Assembly (NCBI GenBank): GCA_964016885.1
Contig: OZ024742.1
Coordinates: forward strand, 375,224,001 to 375,288,000
Direction of reading: 5' to 3'
DNA from: Eledone cirrhosa
Taxonomy: Eukaryota
DNA length: 64,000 nt
Position numbers and translations under genes: made by a program. The notes under the pieces are model-generated. The model was not told the DNA's origin, ran no database searches, and saw only the letters and a program-made list of their open reading frames with translations. Shown here in pieces: positions 53,222-64,000 of the stretch; the stretch's first letter is position 1, and each line of letters starts with the position of its first letter.

Positions 53222-54761
53222 GCTATTAGCTGTCAGTCCAAGCAGCCGATGGAAACAGGCGAAGGTGACGTCACTCCTCAAACATCGTTTATTTCCGTAA
53301 GTGGAGTTTTCACGCGTTTTTTGGCGAGAGAGAGGCGGAGGGGGGAGTGAGAGGGGAAGAGAGAGGGAAGACTTAAAAGGGCCAAATTAGAAAACAAGTC
53401 ATGGTTATAAAGCATATCGATGTAAGTGGAGTTACTTAAATGAAAATATAGGTGGCCTTTAAAAGGGCCAAATTAGAAAACAAATTTAAGTTCATTAGAA
53501 AACAAATCATGGTTATCAAATAAATTTGATTTATTCATTTATATTTTCATTATTCACCAACCTTATTGATGACGGATATGTTCTAATAACTTTTGGAAAA
53601 TTTCTCCTTTAAATTCATACCGCCACATGAATTCAATGAGATGGGTTTGAAGCAAATTTCTGGCTGTCCCGTTTTCCCTTTTATTCCTATTTTTTACATG
53701 TTTCCACAAGCATTCTATGTGATTCGTTGTGGCAAATGTTACTGGATCAACAAAATTGATCGAATGGTTCACGGTCAAATGTTGATAGCCTAGCTGATCG
53801 ATCGTATTATAGGAATGCCATAGATAAGATATTATGGTTGTCCCTGGCAATATACGATCCTGTATAATGGTTAAAAGTGGCTCCGCTGTCCTGTCTTCTA
53901 CTGCTATTAAAATACATCTTCTGGTACTTCTTTCCAAAGCACCCAAAACCCACCGTGTTTTCACAGAATGGCCACGATGGTATTTCCTTCTCACGAATGC
54001 GCTTTCATCAATCTCGACAATTCGGTTTGGCCCGCCAAGCTTAATGTTTTGTGCCACATAGTACTCTGCACATACATCACGGCAAAAAATTTTGCCAATC
54101 TGCTTCGGCCACATTCGCGATACGACATTCCTCTGAAATCTTCTTTTGCCCCAAAATATATCAACTATTTCACACTTCAAATTGCTATTTTCTAATAGAA
54201 ACCTGTTTTCTACATGGTCTTTTACATGACCAGATAATCCCATCTGACACATTTTGTTTCGCTACTTCCAACATACGTTGACCACATGAAGGGCAGACCT
54301 TTTGTGTATTCAGAAGTCCTTGAATTTTCAACCAATTGACGGTATCTGCTGTAGTAGCGGTAGCGATGGAAAGATCGCGATGGTTAATTCCCTTAACACT
54401 TGGATATATTATAGAACTCATTTTTCAACTTGCAGATGCGTGTATTATCACAAAGTGAAGATTAAAGTTTATTTATTTACACGTGGTGTTGGTGGTGATT
54501 GTTGCTGATTGTTGGGGATTGTCTCCATGGGCACTGTATCCATGCTTTTGAATAAGGTTGGTGAAAATAATTTGTTTTCTAAACATTTCTTCATAAATAT
54601 ATAAGGTTGGTGAAAAAAATTTGATAACCATATATTTTCATTTAAGTTAACTCCACTGTTGGTGAAAATGGCTTGTTTTTTTATATTGATAACCATAACT
54701 ATGAAAATATGTGACGTCATTCGTCAACCTTCCCCTACTTTCACTTCTGACAGCTAATACC
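53222..54761 (-). mobile_element. Merlin (IS1016/ISXO2-like) DNA transposon, defective
   Basis: Imperfect TIRs G(C/G)TATTAGCTGTCAG...TGACGTCAC surround the transposase; no TSD is recognisable. Confidence 0.75.
53563..54421 (-). pseudogene. Merlin/ISXO2-type DDE transposase pseudogene with an N-terminal zinc ribbon
   Basis: CPSCG...WSCKRPC (ORF 54185-54421) is frameshifted from VEIDESAF...WVLG..ER...VNHSINFVDP...TNHIECLW (ORF 53563-54252). The second catalytic Asp reads Tyr (IISYLW). Confidence 0.88.
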
Positions 54762-54846
54762 ATGAACTGTATTTTTACAGTTCATGGTATTAGCTGTCAG
54801 AAGTGAAAGTAGGGGAAGGTTGACGAATGACGTCACATATTTTCAT
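54701..54846. repeat. Perfect inverted repeat: 71-bp arms, 4-nt loop
   Basis: 54701-54771 is the exact reverse complement of 54776-54846; loop TTTT. Confidence 0.95.
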
Positions 54847-55380
54847 GTGTGTGTGTGCAAATTTCAATAATATTAAGACACCCTAATGGGGGTTAAACGC
54901 CCTATAGTGAAAAGTTTGGCCAATAAATGGAACAAGATTTTACAAACTCCTCCTATGGTTTTGGAGATAGACCCCCATAACCATATATATTCTGAAACTA
55001 CATTGCCCAGGGTACTTGTATAAGTATATTTCATTTTAATCAAAGTGTTCTTCGGGGACACAAAACCCTGCTGAAACTTTACCTTCGATTTATATGAAAT
55101 TTAAACCATAGGTAAATGACAAGATATGATACCTATTCACAAAAGTTTTCAATTGATATTTAGAAAAAAATTATTTACAAGAAACAAAATAAGAATAAGA
55201 TTTAATAAGGCAATTTTGATTTGATATATTACAAAAAATGATGTTTTCCAATTTTTCATGCATTATATTTTACATTGAGTAATATTGAGTTTTTCTCCAT
55301 AAATTATATCACTGATTTAAAATCAATCATCATTTTCTTACAAAAAAAATGTGTGAAACGCAACACGGCGCTGGTAATTC

Positions 55381-55533
<153 letters not shown>

Positions 55534-55534
55534 A

Positions 55535-56280
55535 AAGAACGGGATGGAAGAAGTTGAGGGAGCTACTGCCACAGCTGGGTACAAAAGGCTTTTCTCTCAG
55601 AATAAAAGGTAGACTGTATGATGTGTGCATATGAACGGCAATGTTGCATCATAGTGAGAGTTGGGCGCTGTGTGTAGAAGACTTGCGTAGATTAGAAAGG
55701 AATGAAGCTTGTATGCTCCGATGGATGTGTAATAGTAATATACACGAACAGCAAAGCATAAACAAACTGAAAGAGAAACTAGGCATAAGAGGAATCAAAT
55801 GTGCAGGAGAGGAGATTATGTTGGTATAGACATGTGATTCGTATGAAGGATGACAGCTACATAAAGTCCCAGAAAGACTTGAGATGAAGTGATAAAAGCC
55901 GACCTTGCCCAATTGCACCTCTGAAAGGCAATGACACAGGACCAAGATCTCTGGTGTTATGAAGTAATACAGAAACCCCAACTTCCCACGGGACCAGGCC
56001 AAGGCTGAAACATACATACAGTATGCACCACTCCATCCCACATGTCAATATATCTTTCATGAGAACAGGCCGAAACACTGTAAAGTAGTCGTGATGGTGA
56101 CACGGTAAAAAACACCCAGTCCACACTGTAAAGTAGTCGTGGAGGAATCACAACAAAAAACACCCAGTACTCATTGTAAATGAGCTTGGCATTAGGAAGG
56201 GCATCCAGCTGTAGAAACCAAGCCAAAATCAGTTCTTTATGAGCAAGACATGGTCACCTGACCTAACATTGCCAACAATA
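55535..56280 (+). mobile_element. Degenerate RTE 3' portion (same family as 8585-11980)
   Basis: RTGWKKLRELLP...GFSLRIKGRLYD...EDLRRLERNEACMLRWMCNSN plus 3' UTR modules. Confidence 0.9.
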
Positions 56281-56392
56281 GAAGGCACATGGCTCAGTGG
56301 TTAGAGCATTGGGCTTGCAATTGAAAGGTTGTGAGTTTAATTCTCGGACCGGATGATGTGTTGTTTCCTTGAGCAAGACACTTTATTTCTAT
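56281..56392 (+). mobile_element. Truncated head of the CORE-like SINE
   Basis: AGGCACATGGCTCAGTGGTTAGAGCA...TTGAGCAAGACACTTTATTTC, matching 35495-35602. Confidence 0.85.
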
Positions 56393-56396
56393 TCAC

Positions 56397-56630
56397 TATA
56401 ATATATATTATATATATATATTAAATATATATATATTATATATATATATATTATATATATATATATTATATATATATATATTATATATATATATATTATA
56501 TATATATATATTATATATTATATATATATATATTATATATATATATATTATATATTATATATATATATATTATATATATATATTATATATATATATTATA
56601 TATATATATTATATATATATTATATATATA

Positions 56631-56632
<2 letters not shown>
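56397..56632. repeat. Interrupted (TA)n microsatellite
   Basis: Directly visible; further (TA)n tracts at about 57138-57190 and 57610-57651. Confidence 0.97.
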
Positions 56633-56661
<29 letters not shown>

Positions 56662-57110
56662 GGTTTAGCGTCCGTGTTCCACGCTTGCATGGGTTTGGAC
56701 GGGGGTTTTCCCACTTGAGGCAAGAGTGGTTGTCTTGCTCGCATAGGACTGTCTGGCGGGTTTTCTACAGTTGGATGCCCTTCCTAACACCAACCACATT
56801 TAAAGTGTGGGTCTGGGAGGTTTTTACCGTGTTGCCTACACGGCCACATTACAGCGTGGACTGTCTGGCGGGTTTTCTACAGCTGGATGCCCTTCCTAAC
56901 ACCAACCACATTTAAAGTGTGGGGCTGGGAGGTTTTTACCGTGTTGCCTACACGGCCACATTTACAGCGTGGACTGTGTGTTTTTTGTCGTGACACCTAC
57001 ACGATCTCATTTGTTTCGGCCTGGATGTTGTGGGACCAACATAACTTTACATTGAAAGGGGCGGTGTGGGTGGGGTGGAGGTGGTGGGACGGGGGTGTGT
57101 TTTGATAGAG
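56632..57110 (-). mobile_element. RTE 3'-UTR/tail fragment of a related subfamily, with an internal ~112-bp duplication
   Basis: (CAT)n followed by TTCTACAG(T/C)TGGATGCCCTTCCTAACACCAACC twice (about 56763 and 56875). Confidence 0.8.
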
Positions 57111-57184
57111 ATGCCTACTGACTGTAGTAGGTTTTTACTATATTATATATATATATATATATTATATATATATATTATATATAT

Positions 57185-57578
57185 ATATATTGGTAAATGG
57201 AATAGAAAATGCTGACAAATTGTTCACAGTTGAAAAATGGTTTTGATTAGGAATAAAAGAGTATTAGTGATTGTATGGGTTAGTATTCAGTTGTGGTTTT
57301 AAGTTTTTACCGGTTGCGCATTTCTAAATGTTTTTCAAAAATAATTTTGAGATTGAGTGTCCATGCTGTTTGCTCTGATCAGAGCAAACAGCACGGTCAC
57401 TCTATCTCAAAATTATTTTTGAAAAGCATTTAGAAATGCGCAACCGGTAAAAACTTAAAAACTTAAAACCACAACTGAATACTAACCCATACAATCACTA
57501 ATACTCTTTTATTCCTAATTAAACCATTTTTCAACTGAACAATTTGTCAGCATTTTCTATTCCGTTTACCAATATATA
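57185..57578. repeat. Spacer-less palindrome of about 385 bp between (TA)n tracts; probable foldback MITE
   Basis: Centre TGCTGTTTGCTCTGA|TCAGAGCAAACAGCA at 57378/57379; arms match out to TTGGTAAA...TTTACCAA with few mismatches and small indels. Confidence 0.9.
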
Positions 57579-57612
57579 ATAACTTGTGTGTTACACCTCT
57601 ATTCTTTTATAT

Positions 57613-57654
<42 letters not shown>

Positions 57655-57851
57655 ATAATACATATGAAGACTAAAATCCAAAGAGGGCTCGATAGGGATA
57701 AATATATATCAAATATATAAGAACCGTAGAGCAGATATTTATTAATATAACAGATTAAAGTTTAAGCAAAGAATCGGCTGCTTTCACCCTTAATGGGATC
57801 TTCTGAAACTAAAAAAAAAAATCAATCTGTGAACGCAGAAGTAAATATTTC

Positions 57852-57960
57852 TAAGCCGACCTTTCCCAATTGCACCTCTCAAGGGCAAGGACACACGACC
57901 ATGACCTCTGGCGTCACACAGTAATACAGAAGCCCCGACTTTCCACAGGAACATATAGAC
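57852..57960 (+). mobile_element. Short RTE fragment (ORF end)
   Basis: AAGCCGAC...CACCTCTCAA...ACACACGACCATGACCTCTGGCGTCAC matches LINE 11572-11675. Confidence 0.8.
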
Positions 57961-57994
57961 AATATTTGTTTTCTTTGTTTTTTTATGTCCTATC

Positions 57995-60900
57995 AACTAA
58001 TACGACCTCCAAAATGCTTGCAATTGACTATTTCTTTAGCATATTAACAACAAATATGATTTCCACTGCAATTAAAAATGACTAGCTTTGTGAATGGTTT
58101 TTCCACCCTCTTTCTGCCTTCATTTCTCTACAAAGCTAATCATTGACGATAGGTTTCAAAGTTATATTCATTCATAATATGTGAAAAAAATAGTCAACTG
58201 CGAGCATTGGTGTGATGTAAATGGTAGGAGTAGGTGTTCTGTAATAAATTTACCATATAGTGAAATATGGTTATAGTGTGGATTGGGGTAGATTAATGTG
58301 CTGTGGTGTGCTTTGTTATAAGTGAGGATTTAAATTTCCACTTTGATTTATGTTAGAAAAATTTTTTTTATTCATTTTTGCATGTGCTATCAACTTCCAA
58401 GATGCTCGCAGTGGATTATGCTTTTAGCATATTAACAAAAAATATGACTTCCACTGCAATAAAAAATGACTAGCTTTGTAAATGGTATTTCCACCCACAT
58501 CCTCCCACTTTTTTCTACAAAGCTAGTCATTTTCATCAGGTTTCCATGTCATAACCATTGATAATATGTGCATAAAATAGTAATTTGCGAGCACCATTTA
58601 TGTCAAATTGGGTGGTAAGCACAAAAAAAAAAAAAAAAATTGCCTGATGAAAATTTGTCACACCAAAATTAATAGCTTGGTGTGATGTAGTATGGTGTGG
58701 TTTGGTGAAGTTTCTACAAAGATAGTCATTTTCGACAGGTTTCCATGTCATAATTATTGATAAGTAGAAAAAAAATAGTCATTTGGGAGCACCTTTAATG
58801 TCAGATTGGGTGGTAAGCACACACACACAAAAAAAGGAAACGGGAAGAAAATATTTCACACCAAGATCAATAGCTTGGTGTGATGTAGTATGGTGTAACT
58901 TGGTATGGTGTGGTTTGGTTTGGTTTGGTGAAGTTATGAAATGGAAACCTATTGTAAACGATAGATTCCCATGTCATTCATTGATAATGTGTGGGAAAAT
59001 AGTCATTTGCAAGCACCTTTGATGTTAGTTTGAGGTGGTAACCACAAAAAAAAAAAAAAAAGCAGGTAGCAAATTTGTCACATTGATATCCATACCATGG
59101 TGTGATGTAAATGGTAGGAGTAAGTGTTTTGTAATAAATTTACCATATAGTGAAATATGGTTATGGTGTGGATTGGGGTAGATTAATGTGCTGTGGTGTG
59201 CTTTGTTATAAGTGAGGATTTAAATTTCCACTTTGATTTATGTTAGAAAAAATTTTTTTATTCATTTTTGCATGTGCTATCAACTTCCAAGATGCTCGCA
59301 GTGGATTATGCTTTTAGCATATTAACAAAAAATATGACTTCCACTGCAATAAAAAATGACTAGCTTTGTAAATGGTATTTCCACCCACATCCTCCTACTT
59401 TTTTCTACAAAGCTAGTCATTTTCATCAGGTTTCCATGTCATAACCATTGATAATATGTGCATAAAATAGAATGGAAACCTATTGTAAACGATAGATTCC
59501 CATGTCATTCATTGATAATGTGTGGGAAAATAGTCATTTGCAAGCACCTTTGATGTTAGTTTGAGGTGGTAACCACAAAAAGAAAAAAAAAGCAGGTAGC
59601 AAATTTGTCACATTGATATCCATACCATGGTGTGATGTAAATGGTAGGAGTAAGTGTTTTGTAATAAATTTACCATATAGTGAAATATGGTTATGGTGTG
59701 GATTGGGGTAGATTAATGTGCTGTGGTGTGCTTTGTTATAAGTGAGGATTTAAATTTCCACTTTGATTTATGTTAGAAAAAATTTTTTTATTCATTTTTG
59801 CATGTGCTATCAACTTCCAAGATGCTCGCAGTGGATTATGCTTTTAGCATATTAACAAAAAATATGACTTCCACTGCAATAAAAAATGACTAGCTTTGTA
59901 AATGGTATTTCCACCCACATCCTCCCACTTTTTTCTACAAAGCTAGTCATTTTCATCAGGTTTCCATGTCATAACCATTGATAATATGTGCATAAAATAG
60001 TAATTTGCGAGCACCATTTATGTCAAATTGGGTGGTAAGCACAGAAAAAAAAAAAAAAAAAAAAGAATTGCCATATGAAAATTTGTCACACCAAAATTAA
60101 TAGCTTGGTGTGATGTAGTATGGTGTGGTTTGGTGAAATTTCTACTAAGATAGTCATTTTCGACAGGTTTCCATGTCATAATTAGTGATAAGTAGAAAAA
60201 AAATAGTCATTTGGGAGCACCTTTAATGTCAGATTGGGTGGTAAGCACACACACACAAAAAAAGGAAACGGGACGAAAATATTTCACACCAAGATCAATA
60301 GCTTGGTGTGATGTAGTATGGTGTAACTTGGTATGGTGTGGTTTGGTTTGGTTTGGTGAAGTTATGAAATGGAAACCTATTGTAAACGATAGATTCCCAT
60401 GTCATTCATTGATAATGTGTGGGAAAATAGTCATTTGCAAGCACCTTTGATGTTAGTTTGAGGTGGTAACCACAAAAAGAATAAAAAAGCAGGTAGCAAA
60501 TTTGTCACATTGATATCCCTACCATGGTGTGATGTAAATGGTAGGAGTAAGTGTTTTGTAATAAATTTACCATATAGTGAAATATGGTTATGGTGTGGAT
60601 TGGGGTAGATTAATGTGCTGTGGTGTGCTTTGTTATAAGTGAGGATTTAAATTTCCACTTTGATTTATGTTAGAAAAAATTTTTTTTATTCATTTTTGCA
60701 TGTGCTATCAACTTCCAAGATGCTCGCAGTGGATTATGCTTTTAGCATATTAACAAAAAATATGACTTCCACTGCAATAAAAAATGACTAGCTTTGTAAA
60801 TGATATTTCCACCCACATATTCCCACTTTTTTCTACAAAGCTAGTCATTTTCATCAGGTTTCCATGTCATAACCATTGATAATATGTGCATAAAATAGAA

Positions 60901-63900
60901 TGGAAACCTATTGTAAACAATAGATTCCCATGTCATATTCATTGATAATGTGTGGGAAAATAGTCATTTGCAAGCACCTTTGATGTTAGTTTGAGGTGGT
61001 AACCACAAAAAAAAAAAAAAGAGCAGGTAGCAAATTTGTCACATTGATATCCATACCATGGTGTGATGTAAATGGTAGGAATAAGTGTTTTGTAATAAAT
61101 TTACCATATAGTGAAATATGGTTATGGTGTGGATTGGGGTAGATTAATGTGCTGTGGTGTACTTTGTTATAAGTGAGGATTTAAATTTCCACTTTGATTT
61201 ATGTTAGAAAAAATTTTTTTATTCATTTTTGCATGTGCTATCAACTTCCAAGATGCTCGCTGTAGACTATGCTTTTAGCATATTAACAAAAAATATGACT
61301 TCCACTGCAATAAAAAATGACTAGCTTTGTAAATGGTATTTCCACCCACATCCTCCCACTTTTTTCTACAAAGCTAGTCATTTTCATCAGGTTTCCATGT
61401 CATAACCATTGATAATATGTGCATAAAATAGAATGGAAACCTATTGTAAACGATAGATTCCCATGTCATTCATTGATAATGTGTGGGAAAATAGTCATTT
61501 GCAAGCACCTTTGATGTTAGTTTGAGGTGGTAACCACAAAAAAAAAAAAAAGCAGGTAGCAAATTTGTCACATTGATATCCATACCATGGTGTGATGTAA
61601 ATGGTAGGAGTAAGTGTTTTGTAATAAATTACCATATAGTGAAATATGGTTATGGTGTGGATTGAGGTAGATTAATGTGCTGTGGTGTGCTTTGTTATAA
61701 GTGAGGATTTAAATTTCCACTTTGATTTATGTTAGAAAAAATTTTTTTATTCATTTTTGCATGTGCTATCAACTTCCAAGATGCTCGCAGTGGACTATGC
61801 TTTTAGCATATTAACAAAAAATATGACTTCCACTGCAATAAAAAATGACTAGCTTTGTAAATGGTATTTCCACCCACATCCTCCCTCTTTTTCCTACAAA
61901 ACTAGTCATTTTCATGAGGTTTCCATGTCATAACCATTGATAATATGTGCATAAAATAGTAATTTGCGAGCACCATTTATGTCAAATTGGGTAGTAAGCA
62001 CAGAAAAAAAAAAAAAAAAAAAGAATTGCCATATGAAAATTTGTCACACCAAAATTAATAGCTTGGTGTGATGTAGTATGGTGTGGTTTGGTGAAATTTC
62101 TACAAAGATAGTCATTTTCGACAGGTTTCCATGTCATAATTAGTGATAAGTAGAAAAAAAATAGTCATTTGGGAGCACCTTTAATGTCAGATTGGGTGGT
62201 AAGCACACACACACAAAAAAAGGAAACGGGACGAAAATATTTCACACCAAGATCAATAGCTTGGTGTGATGTAGTATGGTGTAACTTGGTATGGTGTGGT
62301 TTGGTTTGGTTTGGTGAAGTTATGAAATGGAAACCTATTGTAAACGATAGATTCCCATGTCATTCATTGATAATGTGTGGGAAAATAGTCATTTGCAAGC
62401 ACCTTTGATGTTAGTTTGAGGTGGTAACCACAAAAAGAATAAAAAAGCAGGTAGCAAATTTGTCACATTGATATCCCTACCATGGTGTGATGTAAATGGT
62501 AGGAGTAAGTGTTTTGTAATAAATTTACCATATAGTGAAATATGGTTATGGTGTGGATTGGGGTAGATTAATGTGCTGTGGTGTGCTTTGTTATAAGTGA
62601 GGATTTAAATTTCCACTTTGATTTATGTTAGAAAAAATTTTTTTTATTCATTTTTGCATGTGCTATCAACTTCCAAGATGCTCGCAGTGGATTATGCTTT
62701 TAACATATTAACAAAAAATATGACTTCCACTGCAATAAAAAATGACTAGCTTTGTAAATGGTATTTCCACCCACATATTCCCACTTTTTTCTACAAAGCT
62801 AGTCATTTTCATCAGGTTTCCATGTCATAACCATTGATAATATGTGCATAAAATAGAATGGAAACCTATTGTAAACAATAGATTCCCATGTCATTCATTG
62901 ATAATGTGTGGGAAAATAGTCATTTGCAAGCACCTTTGATGTTAGTTTGAGGTGGTAACCACAAAAAAAAAAAAAAGAGCAGGTAGCAAATTTGTCACAT
63001 TGATATCCATACCATGGTGTGATGTAAATGGTAGGAGTAAGTGTTTTGTAATAAATTTACCATATAGTGAAATATGGTTATGGTGTGGATTGGGGTAGAT
63101 TAATGTGCTGTGGTGTGCTTTGTTATAAGTGAGGATTTAAATTTCCACTTTGATTTATGTTAGAAAAAATTTTTTTATTCATTTTTGCATGTGCTATCAA
63201 CTTCCAAGATGCTCGCTGTAGACTATGCTTTTAGCATATTAACAAAAAATATGACTTCCACTGCAATAAAAAATGACTAGCTTTGTAAATGGTATTTCCA
63301 CCCACATCCTCCCACTTTTTTCTACAAAGCTAGTCATTTTCATCAGGTTTCCATGTCATAACCATTGATAATATGTGCATAAAATAGTAATTTGCGAGCA
63401 CCATTTATGTCAAATTGGGTGGTAAGCACAGAAAAAAAAAAAAAAAATTGCCATTTGAAAATTTGTCACACCAAAATTAATAGCTTGGTGTGATGTAGTA
63501 TGGTGTGGTTTGGTGAAATTTCTACAAAGATAGTCATTTTCGACAGGTTTCCATGTCATAATTAGTGATAAGTACAAAAAAAATAGTCATTTGGGAGCTC
63601 CTTTAATGTCAGATTGGGTGGTAAGCACACACACACAAAAAAAGGAAACGGGAAGAAAATATTTCACACCAAGATCAATAGCTTGGTGTGATGTAGTATG
63701 GTGTAACTTGGTATGGTGTGGTTTGGTTTGGTTTGGTGAAGTTATGAAATGGAAACCTATTGTAAATGATAGATTCCCATGTCATTCATTGATAATGTGT
63801 GGGAAAATAGTCATTTGCAAGCACCTTTGATGTTAGTTTGAGGTGGTAACCACAAAAAGAATAAAAAAGCAGGTAGCAAATTTGTCACATTGATATCCAT

Positions 63901-64000
63901 ACCATGGTGTGATGTAAATGGTAGGAGTAAGTGTTTTGTAATAAATTTACCATATAGTGAAATATGGTTATGGTGTGGATTGGGGTAGATTAATGTGCTG
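57995..64000. repeat. Complex tandem array of ~890-bp and ~530-bp units, running off the window end
   Basis: Anchor TGGTGTGATGTAAATGGTAGGA at 58208, 59098, 59628, 60525, 61059, 61588, 62483, 63015 and 63905. Confidence 0.95.

Noticed and set aside
45297-53826. Catalytic Asp-to-Tyr changes in both DNA transposases as a sign of domestication or targeted inactivation
   Set aside because: Both genes are also frameshifted; two G-to-T changes are compatible with neutral decay.
58783-63830. Four identical 79-aa ORFs as a tandem gene family
   Set aside because: TTG start, low-complexity (TGGTT)-derived content; identity simply reflects the near-identical repeat units.

Overview
AT-rich, repeat-dominated eukaryotic DNA. 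The tRNA-derived SINE types and (GAT)n-tailed RTE elements suggest a cephalopod such as Octopus, which is an inference. Bases 1-35967 are a 25-bp satellite with kb-scale higher-order duplications, carrying a near-complete 5'-truncated RTE LINE (one in-frame stop, PHD-like finger) and a SINE with the same 3' tail. The satellite starts about 23 bp inside an intron of an unidentified minus-strand host gene. I could join four of its exons in frame by hand (41942-41873, 40433-40295, 37923-37017, 36051-35991), and weaker upstream exon candidates include a duplicated 19-nt microexon. Several exons are closely bracketed by inverted TE pairs. The rest holds CR1-like and CRE-like LINE relics, piggyBac-type and foldback MITEs, a dead DD37D (maT) and a dead Merlin/ISXO2 transposon, and a ~430-bp tandem array interrupted by a non-coding LTR element with two tRNA-Trp-type primer sites. 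It also holds several fold-back palindromes and a hierarchical ~890/~530-bp array that runs off the end. There are no prokaryotic-type systems, rRNA genes or true tRNA genes. All alignments were done by eye and no database was searched.
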